A stretch of DNA of 64,000 nucleotides from Octopus vulgaris. Lineage: Eukaryota. The DNA lies in the NCBI GenBank assembly GCA_951406725.2, contig OX597821.1, forward strand, positions 6,324,001-6,388,000, written 5' to 3'. Position 1 is the first letter of the stretch; each line of letters opens with the position of its first letter. The notes beneath the pieces are model-generated. The model saw only the letters and a list, made by a program, of their open reading frames with translations. It made no database searches and was not told where the DNA came from. The translations under genes and the position numbers were made by a program. Below, one piece after another: positions 40,586-54,260 of the stretch.

Positions 40586-41370
40586 TAAGAGCACCCAGAG
40601 AGCACAAACCTCTACCAAGGCAACACCAACATCCTCTCAAAGATTAGCCAGAGATGATTTTTAAAATGAGAATAACTGAAATAAACTTGACTGTTCTCAC
40701 AAATGAGAATACTAAAAATGAACCCGACTGCACTCAAAAAGTAAAAAACAGGAAAAACAATCCCAAATCCTGCTCTGGTACTGGATCGATTCCAAAATCT
40801 AATCAGTTTGTGCCAGTCTTGAAGCCAAATGTCCCTAAAAATTCCATCCGAATCCATCCAACGGTTCTTGAGATACCTTGTCTACAGGCATAGGAGTGGC
40901 TGTGTGGTAAGTAGCTTGCTTACGAACCACATGGTTCCGGGTTCAGTCCCACCGCATGGCACCTTGGGTAAGTGTTTTCTACTGTAGCCTTGGGGTGACC
41001 AAAGCCTTGTGAGTGGATTTGGTAGACGGAAACTGAAAGAAGCCCGTTGTATATATGTATATATATATATATATATGTATGTGTGTGCGTATATGTTTGT
41101 GTGTCTGTGTTTGTCCCCCTCCCAACATCGCTTGACAACCGACGCTGGTGCGTTTACGTCCCCGTGACCTAGCAGTTCGGTAAAAGAGACTGATACAATA
41201 AGTCCTAGGCTTACAAAGAATAAGTCCTGGGGGCGATTTGCTTGACTAAAGGTGGTGCTCTAGCATGGCCACAGTCAAATGACTGAAACAAGTAAAAGTG
41301 TAAAAGAGACAATGAAACAAACAAACATGACTGAAAACAATACCTCTTCCTTCGCTAAGGCGGAGGTAGT
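40586..41370 (-). mobile_element. Helentron-associated (HINE/DINE-1-like) element interrupted by SINE A (40886-41308)
   Basis: Minus strand starts tacctccgccttagcgaaggaagaggt (subterminal IR plus hairpin), (gttt)n tract, ends ttggtagaggt plus short hairpin gtgctctctgggtgc; T-rich target. Confidence 0.6.
40886..41308 (+). mobile_element. SINE family A
   Basis: Full-length, CpG-rich. Confidence 0.9.
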
Positions 41371-41632
41371 AATAACTTTGTCTATTATAGGCATAAGGCC
41401 TGAGACCGTGGGAGAGGGGGATTGTTGATTACCTCGACCTCAGTGTTTCACTGGTACTTAATTTATCGACACCGAAAGGGCAAAAAGCAAATTTGATCTC
41501 AGTGGAATTTGAACACAGAACATAGTGACAGACAAAATACTACTAAGCATTTTCTCCAGCATGGTAACGATTCTGCCAGCTCACCACCTTAATAATAATA
41601 ATAGTAATAATGATAATAATAATAATAATCAT

Positions 41633-41997
41633 CATCATCATCGTTTAGCGTCCGCTTTCCATGCTAGCATGGGTTGGACAGTGCAACTGGAGTCTGGGAA
41701 GCCAGAAGGTTGCACCAGGTCCAGTCTGATCTGGCAATGTTTCTACGGCTGGATGCCCTTCCTAATGCCAACCACTCCATGAGTGTAGTGGGTGCTTTTT
41801 ACGTGCCACCGGCACAGGTGCCAGACGAGGCTGGCAAACGGCCACGGTCGGATGGTGCATTTTACGTGCCACCGGCAATGAGGCCAGGCGAGGCTGGCAA
41901 ACGGCCACGATCGGATGGTGCTTTTTACGTGCCACCGGCACGGAGGCCAGGCAAGGCTGGCAACGACCACGATCAGATGGCGCTTTTTGTGTGCCAC
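41633..41997 (-). mobile_element. Family E RTE-type tail with three tandem subrepeats of about 65 bp
   Basis: ggtgctttttacgtgccaccggca...gaggctggcaaacggccacg repeated. Confidence 0.85.
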
Positions 41998-42040
<43 letters not shown>

Positions 42041-42043
<3 letters not shown>

Positions 42044-42168
42044 CATCCTACGCAAAACACTTTCAATACAGTAACTATAAGAGCATCACAGCAAACCACA
42101 GTACATACCCAAGGCACACAGAGCTGCAATTGGTAGTGAAGAGAAAGCACATGATGAAAATAAAACTA

Positions 42169-42172
<4 letters not shown>
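42041..42172 (+). mobile_element. R4/Dong-like 3' stub inside (TAA)n
   Basis: Homologous to 43775-43903; TAA repeats on both sides. Confidence 0.75.
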
Positions 42173-42205
<33 letters not shown>

Positions 42206-42309
42206 TAATAATAATAATAATAATAATGATAATAATAATAATAATAATACTGATAATAATAATAATACTAATAATAATGATAATAATAATAATGATGATG
42301 ATGATGATG

Positions 42310-42361
<52 letters not shown>

Positions 42362-42572
42362 TGATAATCCTTTCTACTAAAGGCACGATACCTGGTAGAG
42401 GGGATTAGTCAATAACATCAACCCAGTATTTCACTGGTATTTAATTTACCAACCCCGAAAGTATGAAAGGCAAAGTTGACCTTGGTGGAATTTGAACTGA
42501 GAACATAAAGGTGGATGAAATACTGCTAAGTATTTTATCTAGCGTACTAACAACAACAACAACAACAACAGC

Positions 42573-42600
<28 letters not shown>

Positions 42601-42604
<4 letters not shown>

Positions 42605-42992
42605 GACATTGTCTTAATTGAGAAAGAAAACAAACTATGCTGGATCATAGATATAGCATGCCCAGCTGATAACAAGGTATGCAATAAGGAAGAAAGAAAA
42701 GTGTAGAGATATGACAGGTTAGCTTGGGAAGTTAAACAGTTATGGTCGATGAAAAAGATAGCAGTAGTACCAATAAGTGTCGCAGCCCTGGGAACAGTGA
42801 GCAAATATCTCAAGAAGTACATGGAACAAATAGGGGCTGCAATAAGGGTGGAGCACTTGCAGAAAACAGCAGTTTAGAATTGCTCAAAAACTTCGGAAGG
42901 TGCTTGAAAAATAAGAGGTGTTACCTTAGTTCACTGGTAGTGAACAGCTGACACTGTAGTACATCTCCAGCGTTAGAAGCTGTGCAAAGGCA
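42601..42992 (+). mobile_element. Second R4/Dong-like family, restriction-like endonuclease region and 3' end
   Basis: PDIVLIEKENKLCWIIDIACPADNKVCNKEERKV*RYDRLAWEVKQLW...VVPISVAALG; ends in aataataat. Confidence 0.75.
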
Positions 42993-43025
42993 ATAATAAT
43001 AATGATTATAATAATAATTATAATA

Positions 43026-43899
43026 AAAAATGGCAAGGAAAGCGCCATCATGGCAAATATTGGGTTAAGCTAAACAGAAAAGAAATAGACAAAGCCAAAT
43101 CCTAACAATGGTTGAGAAGCTCAGAACTCAAAGCAGAGACTGAAGGATTTTTAATTGCAGCACAAGATCAAAGCCTTTCCATTATAAATCACCAAAAATA
43201 TATAATGTAAAGAAATACAACAAGTAACTGCTGAATATATGGTGATGGAGAAGAAACAATAAATCATATTGTCTCTGGCAGCCCAGTCCTGGTTTAGAAG
43301 GAATATATTCACAGACATGACAAAGTTGGGACCTATATACACAGGAAGCTATGCCAACACAGTGAAATAACAAAAAAAAAAAATGATGGTATAGGCACAC
43401 CCCAGAAAAGGTCACAGCAAATGTGAAAGCAACCATACTCTCGGATATTCCAAAACATACAGATAGAGAAATCAAGGCTAATACACCTGATATATTTGTC
43501 AGAGATCATCAAGGAAAAAAAATGCTTTCTAATTGATGTATCAATACCAGCAGATGACAGTGTTTCTCTAAAAGAAATTGAGAAACTTTCAAAATACAAA
43601 GGTCTGGAAATAGAGATAACTCGAATGTGGAATCTAAAAACAGAAACAATTCCTATTATAGTAGGCGCATGAGGTATGATAAAAACAAATATTCAAATAA
43701 ATACATAACAAAAACACCAGGACTTACAAGTATATATAGGACATACAGAAAATAGCACTACTAGGCACTGCACACATCATATGTAAAACACTTTCAATAT
43801 AACGGAAATAAGAGCACCACAATAAACCACAGCACATACCCAAGGCACACAGAGCTGCACTTGGTAGTGCAGTGAAAGCACACAATAAAAATAACATTA

Positions 43900-43903
<4 letters not shown>
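43026..43903 (+). mobile_element. R4/Dong-like LINE, 5'-truncated (zinc-knuckle region plus RLE endonuclease)
   Basis: WLRSSELKAETEGFLIAAQDQSL...EETINHIVSG...RHDKVG...PDIFVRDHQGKKCFLIDVSIPAD...EKLSKY; stops and frameshifts; TAA repeats on both sides. Confidence 0.85.
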
Positions 43904-43962
<59 letters not shown>

Positions 43963-44167
43963 TGAAGAAACAAGGAAAAAACATAATAATAATAATAATC
44001 GACCCCAGTACTCAACTGGTACTTAATTTATTGACCCCGAAAGGATAAAAAGTGAAGTCAACCTTTGTGGAATTTAAACTCAGAATGTAGGGACTGGCGA
44101 AATACTGCTAAGCATTTCAACCAATATGCTAACAATTCTGTCAGCTGACTGCCTTAATAATAATAAT

Positions 44168-44206
<39 letters not shown>

Positions 44207-44619
44207 TTGTTTTATTAGTCACAGGAGCATATATGGTGGGTGGCCATCACAAGGGTGGACAACAATTTGTGTGAGGATTTACATAAGGGACGAGAGAAAA
44301 AATAGAAAAGACAGGGAAATGCGACAGGTGTTTATATAGTATATACAAAGTATGCGATAATATGAATGATGCACAGTTCCTGATACAGAAGGAACTCCAA
44401 CTAGGGTCACTCGAGGTATCCCACAGATCCAGGATTAACCAAACCTCAAAGGTACAAGCCCTCTCTCCTGCTCTCCAATCTTCAGGCTCTACTCAGAGAA
44501 GAACCGTTTGCTGTAACCATTTTCGCCACAAATAATAATTCTTATTGCTATTATTCATCATTATCTTCCCCAGCATTTTATATCAGCATTTTTCCATGCT
44601 AATATAAAATGCTTCTGTG

Positions 44620-45390
44620 ATGTGTGTGTGTGTGGGGGGAGGGTGCATGTGTGTGTGTGTGCGTGTGTGTGTGTATGTGTTTGTGTGTGCATGCATGTGT
44701 GTGCATGCGTGTGTGTGTGCATGTGTTTGTGTGTGCATGCATGTGTGTGCATGCATGTGTGTGCATATGTGTGTGCATGTGTGTGCATGCGTGTGTGTGT
44801 GTGTGCATGCGTGTGTGTGTGTGCATGCGTGTGTGTACGTGTGAGTGTGTGTGTGAGAGAATGTGTGTGTGAGTGTGTGTATGTTTGTGTGAATGTGCAT
44901 GTGTGTATATGTGTGTATGTGTTTGTGTGTGCATGTGGTGTGGGTGTGCAAGAGTGCATGTGTGTGCACGCATATGTGTGTGTGTGAATGTGTGTATTTA
45001 TGTATGCATGTGTGTGTATGTGGGTGAAAGAGAATCAAAGAGAAGATAGATAGATAGAGAAGGAGAGAGTGGGAGAGAGAATGAGAGAAAAAGAGAGATG
45101 GTGAGAGAGAAAAGTGTAAGGAGATGGAGAGTGGTAGATGAGAGATAGAGATTGTTGGCAGAGGAGAGAAAGTGAGAGAGAGAGAGAGAGAGAGAAGAAA
45201 GAGAGAGAGAGAGAGCAGATTAGTGTAAGAATAGTAATAAGAGAATAGAAGAGTTTTGTGTGTGTGTGTGTGAAAGAGAGAAGGAGAGAGTGAGGCAGAG
45301 AGAAAAGTAATGGTGAGTAGAAGGGAAATGCACAGAGAGAAATGAAGGAGAAAAAGAGACAAAGAGAAAGAGAGAGAGAGAGAGAGTAAC
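44620..45390. repeat. (TG/TGCA)n followed by a (GA)-rich tract
   Basis: Direct inspection. Confidence 0.9.
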
Positions 45391-46341
45391 AATTGTAAAA
45401 CAAATTTTCTTTCAAGACCTTAAAGAAAGAAATGATAAAATAATAAATAGCAACAAAAAACAACACCAACAACCCCCGCCCCGCCCAAAGTCCAAAATGT
45501 GACATTTTATTTAAACTTTGATAGTTTCTCTGTAAGAGTAATTTGGTTTGTTATCAGTCTTTACAAAACTCTCTCTCACACACACACACATACATATGTG
45601 TGTGTGTGTGTGTATACTCCCCCCTCTCTATTTCCTTCCCCCCGTCTCTCCCCTTCTCCCTCTCATCCCTTCTCCATCTCTCCCCTTTTCCCTCTCATCC
45701 CTTCTCTGGCTCTCCCCTCTCCTGCTCCTCTCTACCTCCCCTATCTCCTTCCCACCTCCCTTACAAGTATGTAAGATACTATGGCAGTACTGAGAGTGAC
45801 TATTGGGGGTGATGCTAGTGGTGTACTTACCTCCCTCCACCCCTGCTGCTGCTGCTGCTCTCCTGCCTCCAATCACTTTAGCTAATTTAGTAGTTCCCCA
45901 TGCTGGGGGAACTGCCATGAAGGGCTTAGTCGAACAAATTGACTCTGGTACTTAAGCCTGGTACTTATTTTATCAAACTCTTTATGGTGGGGGGGGGGAC
46001 ATAAACAAGCCCACACCGGTTGTCAAGGATGGTGGGGGACAAACATAACCCAAGCACAAAGGCACACGCATACACACACACACACGCAAACACACAAACA
46101 CACCCACATGCATACGCAAAAACACACACACACGCGCGCGTTTCCAACTATCAAAGTCACTCACAAGGCTTTGGTCAGCCGGATTCTGTAATAAAATACA
46201 CTTATCCAAGTGGTCAAGCAATGAGACTGAATTGAAAACTGTATGGCTGGAATGATACAGCCACACCTCTTGTCCTTTTGCCTACCATTGCAGTGGCTGC
46301 TCTAAATGTCTCCATCAATGTCGCTACTCCTATATCCTTTA

Positions 46342-46722
46342 CTAGCAGTGTCGCCCGGCGTTGCTCGGGTTTGTAAGGGAAATAACTATATAAGCATTTT
46401 TAGAGATGTAAAGTATAATAGCCATCTCAATATGGCTAACCACAAAGGGGAGGGGTGTTACTGTAGCTTTTTACGTTCTGAGATTTAATAATAAAGTTTT
46501 AGAGAGTTACTTCCCTTATATATGCCAAAAATGCATTAAAAATGGGAAAAATTGATGGTAAATTTTTTTTTAAATCGTAGACTCATCGTAGACATGCGCT
46601 AATACCCAGAAGGGTTCGATATGAATCACGACTATAAGATACCCAGTTTTGGTTAAACTGCACTGCAAAATGTGAGAGTAGTTAGGAATCTAAATCGTAG
46701 GAGACAGACAGCACACAACCTC
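46342..46722 (-). mobile_element. Non-autonomous Helitron, 5' terminus missing
   Basis: Near-identical to 55330-55726; 3' hairpin cccgagcaacgccggg plus CTAG. Confidence 0.85.
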
Positions 46723-47191
46723 TCCGAAGGAGACCTCTATATGTCTATTTGATATGCTAGAAATAGAAGCCAAAAATCTTTGTTATCACATCCTACCACA
46801 TGAAAAATAACGAGGGACATACTTACTAATGACGTCCAGAATACATATTGCAAGGAAAAAAACCTAAAAAAGTAGGATGGTCATGGCAGGAGTGCTTTTG
46901 ATCATAGGTTGAGGTCTAAATCTGTACAATCAGGATTGATCAAAAATTAAACAACACTGGCAACAATTTATACTAAACAAGTAAACATGGGAATCTTCAT
47001 ATGGCTGCTAGAAATAGCAATTAAATCTCCATTATATCATATCTTACTTTAAAAATAGATTCATTGCACAATGTAAGTAGACCAAGCAGAATTACTTACC
47101 TGTTGATAAACAACATATTTTTGTCTGTTGGAGTGACAAGGACCATCTAGGTATCCTTAAAGAAGACTGCTTACTTGTGCAGGGACTTTGT

Positions 47192-47577
47192 TTAACCCTT
47201 TTGTTGCCAAATTTCTCTTGAAATGCCCTGCCTTTCATTTCATCATCATTTTCATTTAGCGTCCGTTTTCCATGCTAGCATGGGTTGGACGGTTCAACTG
47301 GGGGTCTGTGAAGCCAGAAGGCTGCATCAGGCCCAGTCTGATCTGGCAGTGTTTCTACGGCTGGATGCCCTTCCTAACGCCAACCACTCCGCGAGTGTAG
47401 TGGTTGCTTAATAATGAAGAATTTATTAAAATGATTCTGTCATTGTTAAGCTGGTTTTTGGGAAGTGAATTACTATGAAGCTTTGATGGAAGATTTTAAT
47501 TTAAATCATATAAAGGCTGGAAGTTTGTATTATAGGCTCCAAGGCAGTATCAGGTGGGTTGGTATTAAAAGAGTTAA
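47192..47577. mobile_element. TTAA-flanked MITE interrupted by family E tail (47244-47408)
   Basis: TTAA-cccttttg ... taaaagag-TTAA termini. Confidence 0.5.
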
Positions 47578-48204
47578 AGTGAAGAAGAGCTGTGCACTGT
47601 CAACGTCACTTGCTAGCTAGAGACCAGTGGCAAGGTCAGGTCAAGACTGGATCAAGATAACTGGGGATGGAGATGGATGCAGGGGATGACCAAGATGTCT
47701 TACTTGTCTTATCTTTTTCTCTGCACTCCACAGTGCATTGCAGAAGCCATCTTCCTATCTGATGAATCATAAAGGTTTCTTCCCCAGAGCCTACTGGATC
47801 CAGTTTTCACATGCATAACTAGACAAGTCCTAACTGGCACTCTATCAGCTATGACAATGAGGGTTCCAGTTGATCCAATCAACAGAACAGCCTACTCGTG
47901 AAATCAACATGTGTGCAAGTGGCTGAGCTCTCCACAGACATGTGTAAACCCTCAATGTAGTTCTCAGAGAGATTCAGCATGACACAGAATGTGACATGGC
48001 TGGCCCTTTGAAACACAGGTACTACTCATTTTTGCCAGCTGAACAGACCGGAACAACCCAGCGGTGCATTGCTCAAGGACACAATTCACCATTGGGAATC
48101 AAAGTCATGGCTTTATGATCATAAGCAAAATACCCTAACCACTAGTCCATGTGTCTTCTCAAAGCTGGGACCCTGAAAGATGCTACTGCTTTGAGTAGGA
48201 GTAG

Positions 48205-49282
48205 AACTTGGAATAATATTCTTTTCTACTCTAGGCACAAAGCCTGAAATTTTTTTGGGGGAAGGAGAGGGTGAGTCGATTAGACTGACCCCAGAATGCA
48301 ACTGGTACTTAATTTATCGACCCCGAAAGGATGAAAGGCAAAGTCAATCTCAGCAGAATTTGATCTCAGAACGTAAAGACAGAAGAAATACTGCTAAACA
48401 TTTTGCCCAGCATGCTAACATTTCTGCAGCTCGCCGCCTTTAACTTGGAACAATATTCTTTTCTACTCTAGGAACAAAGCCTGAAATTTTTGGGGAGGGG
48501 GCCTGTCGATTAGATTGACCCCCAGTATACAAGTGGTACTTAATTTATCGACCCCGAAAGGATGAAAGGCAAAGTCAATCTCAGCAGAATTTGATCTCAG
48601 AACGTAAAGACAGAAGAAATACTGCTAAACATTTTGCCCAGCATGCTAACATTTCTGCAGCTCGCCGCCTTTAACTTGGAACAATATTCTTTTCTACTCT
48701 AGGAACAAAGCCTGAAATTTTTGGGGAGGGGGCCTGTCGATTAGATTGACCCCCAGTATACAAGTGGTACTTAATTTATCGACCCCGAAAGGATGAAAGG
48801 CAAAGTCAATCTCAGCAGAATTTGATCTCAGAACGTAAAGACAGAAGAAATACTGCTAAACATTTTGCCCAGCATGCTAACATTTCTGCAGCTCGCCGCC
48901 TTTAACTTGGAACAATATTCTTTTCTACTCTAGGAACAAAGCCTGAAATTTTTGGGGAGGGGGGCCTGTCGATTAGATTGACCCCCAGTATACAAGTGGT
49001 ACTTAATTTATCGACCCCGAAAGGATGAAAGGCAAAGTCAATCTCAGCAGAATTTGATCTCAGAACGTAAAGACAGAAGAAATACTGCTAAACATTTTGC
49101 CCAGCATGCTAACATTTCTGCAGCTCACCGCCTTTAACTTGGAACAATATTCTTTTCTACTCTAGGAACTCTAGGGGAGGGGGCCTGTCGATTAGATTGA
49201 CCCCAGTATACAAGTGGTACTTAATTTATCGACCCCAAAAGGATGAAAGGCAAAGTCACTGCCTTTAACTTGGAACAATATT
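48205..49282 (-). repeat. Tandem array of SINE family C, unit about 231 bp, four full copies plus one deleted copy
   Basis: aacttggaa(c/t)aatatt recurs at 48205, 48442, 48673, 48904, 49136 and 49267, bracketing SINE copies. Confidence 0.95.
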
Positions 49283-49715
49283 GACTAAGAGGTGGTTCTT
49301 CAAAAATTCAAAATTCTTGAACCAGGATCCTACAACCAGATGTAGTTTAAAGCCATATTCAGGACACAAACAAGATCAAGAACATTAACATGAAAATACA
49401 ATTAGCTTGCATCTTCTCCATTATTATATTCTACAGAAAACTGAACTCAAATTGCATTGAGTTAATGTCACAATGTCAAATTTAATGTTTGTTTTCAACT
49501 TAATTTTCACTCACTGACATGTGGGGTTGAGGGTGGTGTATGACCTCTTGAAGAGGCATTGGGGTGGCGTATGGTAAGTACTTCAGATCGCCTTACTTGA
49601 AAGGAGGAATACATTTACATGAATTTGTATGTATGCATGCATGTATGTATGTATGAATGTATGTATGGACGTACATATGTATGTGTGTATGTATGTGTGT
49701 GTATATGTATGTATG

Positions 49716-49746
<31 letters not shown>

Positions 49747-50471
49747 GTATGTTTGCATGTATGTATATATTTGTAGCAGTTTGTAAGTATGAAAGTGTAT
49801 GTGTGTGTGTGTTCATATATGCTTGTGTGTGTGTGTTAGAGACTGTGTGCATGATAGTATGTGTGTATTTGTGTGTGTGTATGTGAAGGAGAGAGAGAGT
49901 ATGTGTGTGCATGAGAGTGTGTGTACAATAGAGTAAGTGCATGTGTATGCAAGAGCGAATGTGAAAATGTGTGTGTGTGTACATGTGTAGAAAAGAATGG
50001 GTATGTGTATATGTCTTCTGTGCATGTGTAAGAAAGAATGTGAATGCATGTATCAATACTTGTGTGTGTGTGTGTGTGTGCGTGTGTGTGTGCATGCATG
50101 TGTATGTGTGTATTTGTATGTGTGTATGCATAGAAAAGTTCTCTGTTACATTAGTTAAGTCTGATGGAGAAGGGTCAATGGCCATAGCTCTTTTCTAGAT
50201 CCAATCAGATAGGGTGATCACCCCTCCACCACCACCACCACTACCATTGAATAACAAGGAGTTGTTATTGCAATTAGTATAGAGTCAGAACTGTTTAAAA
50301 TTAGGAAGGATTGGTAAGGGTGACAATACAGCAGGATAGGTTGGTGTTGGTATTTTAGGATAGAGGGAATTTGATAGAGGTCATTTTATTTAATTTCTGT
50401 CGCTGTTTACAATATCACATACATGCATGCATGCACGTATGCACAGACGCAACCCACAGACACACACTCAA

Positions 50472-50535
<64 letters not shown>

Positions 50536-50537
50536 GT

Positions 50538-50575
<38 letters not shown>

Positions 50576-50923
50576 ATGCATACATACATATGCATGAGAT
50601 AATTATAGCCAACTCTTGAAATTGAATAAAACATAGATGCTGATGCCACATAAATGCCACATACATGCTGGTACCAAGTATAAAGCATCCATGCTGATGC
50701 CACATACAAATCACTGGTGCTGGTGCCACATGTATAACACAGGTTCCATCGTGCCACATGTAAAATACTCGGTGCTCTGTGTAAAGTGATTGGCATTAGG
50801 AAGGGAATCCAGACACAGAAACAGTGCCGAAATGGATGCATGGAGCCTGGTGCAGCCCTCTGGCTTGCCAGCTCCTTGACAGACTATTCCACCCATGCCA
50901 ATGTGGAAGACAGGCATTAAATT

Positions 50924-50949
50924 ATGATGATAATAATGATGATGATGAC

Positions 50950-50999
<50 letters not shown>

Positions 51000-51000
51000 C

Positions 51001-51071
<71 letters not shown>

Positions 51072-51075
51072 CGAC

Positions 51076-51123
<48 letters not shown>

Positions 51124-51129
51124 GATGAC

Positions 51130-51177
<48 letters not shown>

Positions 51178-51189
51178 GATGATGATGAC

Positions 51190-51260
<71 letters not shown>

Positions 51261-51261
51261 C

Positions 51262-51315
<54 letters not shown>

Positions 51316-51324
51316 GATGATGAC

Positions 51325-51372
<48 letters not shown>

Positions 51373-51378
51373 GATGAC

Positions 51379-51426
<48 letters not shown>

Positions 51427-51438
51427 GATGATGATGAC

Positions 51439-51506
<68 letters not shown>

Positions 51507-51507
51507 C

Positions 51508-51561
<54 letters not shown>

Positions 51562-51567
51562 GATAAC

Positions 51568-51645
<78 letters not shown>
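50924..51645 (+). repeat. (GAT)n array of about 720 bp with periodic GAC/GGT variants
   Basis: Follows a family E tail (50700-50923). Confidence 0.95.
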
Positions 51646-51646
<1 letters not shown>

Positions 51647-52015
51647 ATATACATAAATGCATATTTGAATGTATGGTTAAGAATTTTCTTTGGCAACTGT
51701 GTTATCAGTTCCATTGTGTGACACCCTGAGCCTTATGAGTGAAATTGTTAGACTGAAACTGCATGGAAGCCCATTCTATGTGTACTTACATATATACATA
51801 CATGCATACATACATGTGTACATACATAGATACATAGATACATACATACATACATACATACATACATACATGCATGCATACATACATACATACATACTTG
51901 CATACATACATACATACATACATATATACATACATAGATACATACATACTTCCATGCATACACAGACATACACATGCACACACACATACACTCACACACT
52001 CACACATATGCATTT

Positions 52016-52203
52016 AGGCGCAGGCTTAGCTGTGTGGTAAGAAGCTTGCTTCCCAACCACATGGTTCTGGGTTTAGTCTCATGTCATGGCACCTTGAGCA
52101 AGTGTCTTCTACGATGTCCTCAAGCAGACTAAAGCCTTGTGAATGGATTTGATAGATGGAAACTGAAGGAAGCCCATTAAGCGTGTGTGTGTGTGTGTGT
52201 GTA

Positions 52204-52276
<73 letters not shown>

Positions 52277-52502
52277 GTATATATATATATATGCATATGC
52301 TTGCATGTAATTATATGTGTGTTTGTGTTTGTCACCCTGCTGTTGCTTGACAACTGATGCTGGTATGTTTATGTCCCCGTAACCTAGTGGTTCAGCAAAA
52401 AAGACTGATAGAATAAATACTAGGCTTACAAGGAATATGTCCTGGGGTCAATTTTCTTCGACTAAAACCTCTTAAGGCAGGGTTCCAGCATGGCCACAGT
52501 CC
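52016..52502 (+). mobile_element. SINE family A
   Basis: Head, internal microsatellite and 3' body present. Confidence 0.85.
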
Positions 52503-53441
52503 ATACTATGAAGTGGTTGGTGTTAGGAAGGGCACTCAGCCATAAAAACCTTGCCAAAACTGACCTTGCCTGTGCTTGTGCCATGCAAAAGACACTAAGT
52601 CCACCCTGCTGAGTGGTTGGTGTTAGGAAGGCCATCCAGCTGTAAAAATCCTGCCAAAACAATTGCAGAAGTCTGGTGCAGGCTTTGGCCTGTCTGGATT
52701 TTGTGGTACCGTGCACTATCCATTCTCGCATGGAAGACGGATGTTAAACGATGATGATGATGATGATGATTATAATGATGATATCTGTTTGATTTCTTTG
52801 GCCTTTTTCCATGCTGGCATAGTTTAGATAAATGTATTATTGATGCCTTCCTTGTCAGTAGCACTTACCTGTTTTTCAAGTAAAGAATCTCTGAAACTGC
52901 ATGTCTTTGAAGGTTCAAAGCCAGCCAGTGGACAAATTAGTTGACAAAGGAAATGGGAACATCAGCAATTTCTTTGAGTAATTATCCCAATTAAGTAGAA
53001 GCTGACATAATCTAGTGATCATGAAAATAGTAATTAATTAAAATCACATATGATGCAGAAATTGAAAGAGATTGAGATAAGCAAGGAAGGCTCTTAAAAA
53101 AATGTGAAATGCATTAACATCATGAAATATTAATATCAGAACCAAGAAGACTTGGAACGAATCCTACAAATGACGTTACCAGACACTTTACTTCTTTAGC
53201 TTCTGTCTGTCATTAATGACTATGGATAAAGGTCCTATATAAGCATATAAAATACATGTCCAAAACAGTGCATTGCAGTGACCTGTGTGTGTGTGTGTGT
53301 GTATCATGTGTTTGATACAAATTAGATATTTTTTGGAATACAGAATTGCCATTAGAACAGCAGAAATACTGGATAAATTACCCTTACAAAGCAGAAAAAT
53401 TTGTCAACAACATGTAGTTATATATATATATATATATATAG

Positions 53442-53487
<46 letters not shown>

Positions 53488-53494
53488 CACACAC

Positions 53495-53701
53495 ATGAAG
53501 GGGTGTTGAAAAGTTCTTGGCTTTAAGGGTATTGGGTATTGTGAAAGGCCTGGTTGGAGACCCAACCTTCTGATTTATTTTACAGGGTTTAGAGAAAGTG
53601 AAGAACTGCTGCAGTTAGTGTGTGAATCTGAGAGGAAAATATGTTAAATAAAATCATAATTGACTGATCCTCCTCTATTTTCTTTTATCCAAAGCTAGGA
53701 C
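53495..53701. mobile_element. Mariner-derived MITE/deletion relic
   Basis: Left end gaaggggtgttgaaaagttcttggcttt, partial inverted right end aaagctagga; internal transposase-end-like sequence. Confidence 0.5.
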
Positions 53702-53899
53702 AGTGTTGTCTTTGGCTAAATAGTCCAATACATGAATAGCAGTCTCTGTTACACCAGCTGCACTTGTGAGCTGTCCTCTTGCTGTATAAGTTGTAATGAT
53801 GATTTATCACAGGTACCTATTCTTCTCTGTGTTGTCCTAATGCCATAGATGAGGTCAGAGTGTTCTCTCTGTCATGTTATCTGGCTCTATCTCTCCCGT

Positions 53900-54260
53900 G
53901 TAGGGTCTTTGATAGGATCCAAGTCTGGAGCAGTATGGCATGGAAGACAGGTTGTTGCTCATGCAGCATGTACCCTACTGTTCATGTTACTGATAGATCC
54001 AAGGGAACAGCATGGCTGTCATAATTAGGCACCAGTGTTGTCACAGGAGCTGCCAGAATGAGGTTGTAGACCATGTCAACCTACCATAGGGGATCTGACT
54101 TCCAATTTTTCCTCAGGGGCTCTGACTTTTGATTTTTTCCTATAGGGTTTACCCTCAAAGCCTTTTCCATGGCTGAGTATGGCCACAAAGTAGTAGAAGT
54201 TTGCAATCAGAGTTTTTCTTCCTTAAATGAATTACTCCCTACAGGTTAATGAACTCCTGC
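53900..54260 (-). mobile_element. RTE LINE 5'UTR relic
   Basis: Minus-strand motifs gaaaaactctgattgcaaac, ggaaaaggctttgagggtaaaccct and ctggcagctcctgtgac recalled from RTE/BovB-type 5'UTRs. Confidence 0.6.

Noticed and set aside
44205-44530. Possible Tx1/L1-like 3' end on the minus strand
   Set aside because: Only about 15 codons of weak resemblance, too little to call
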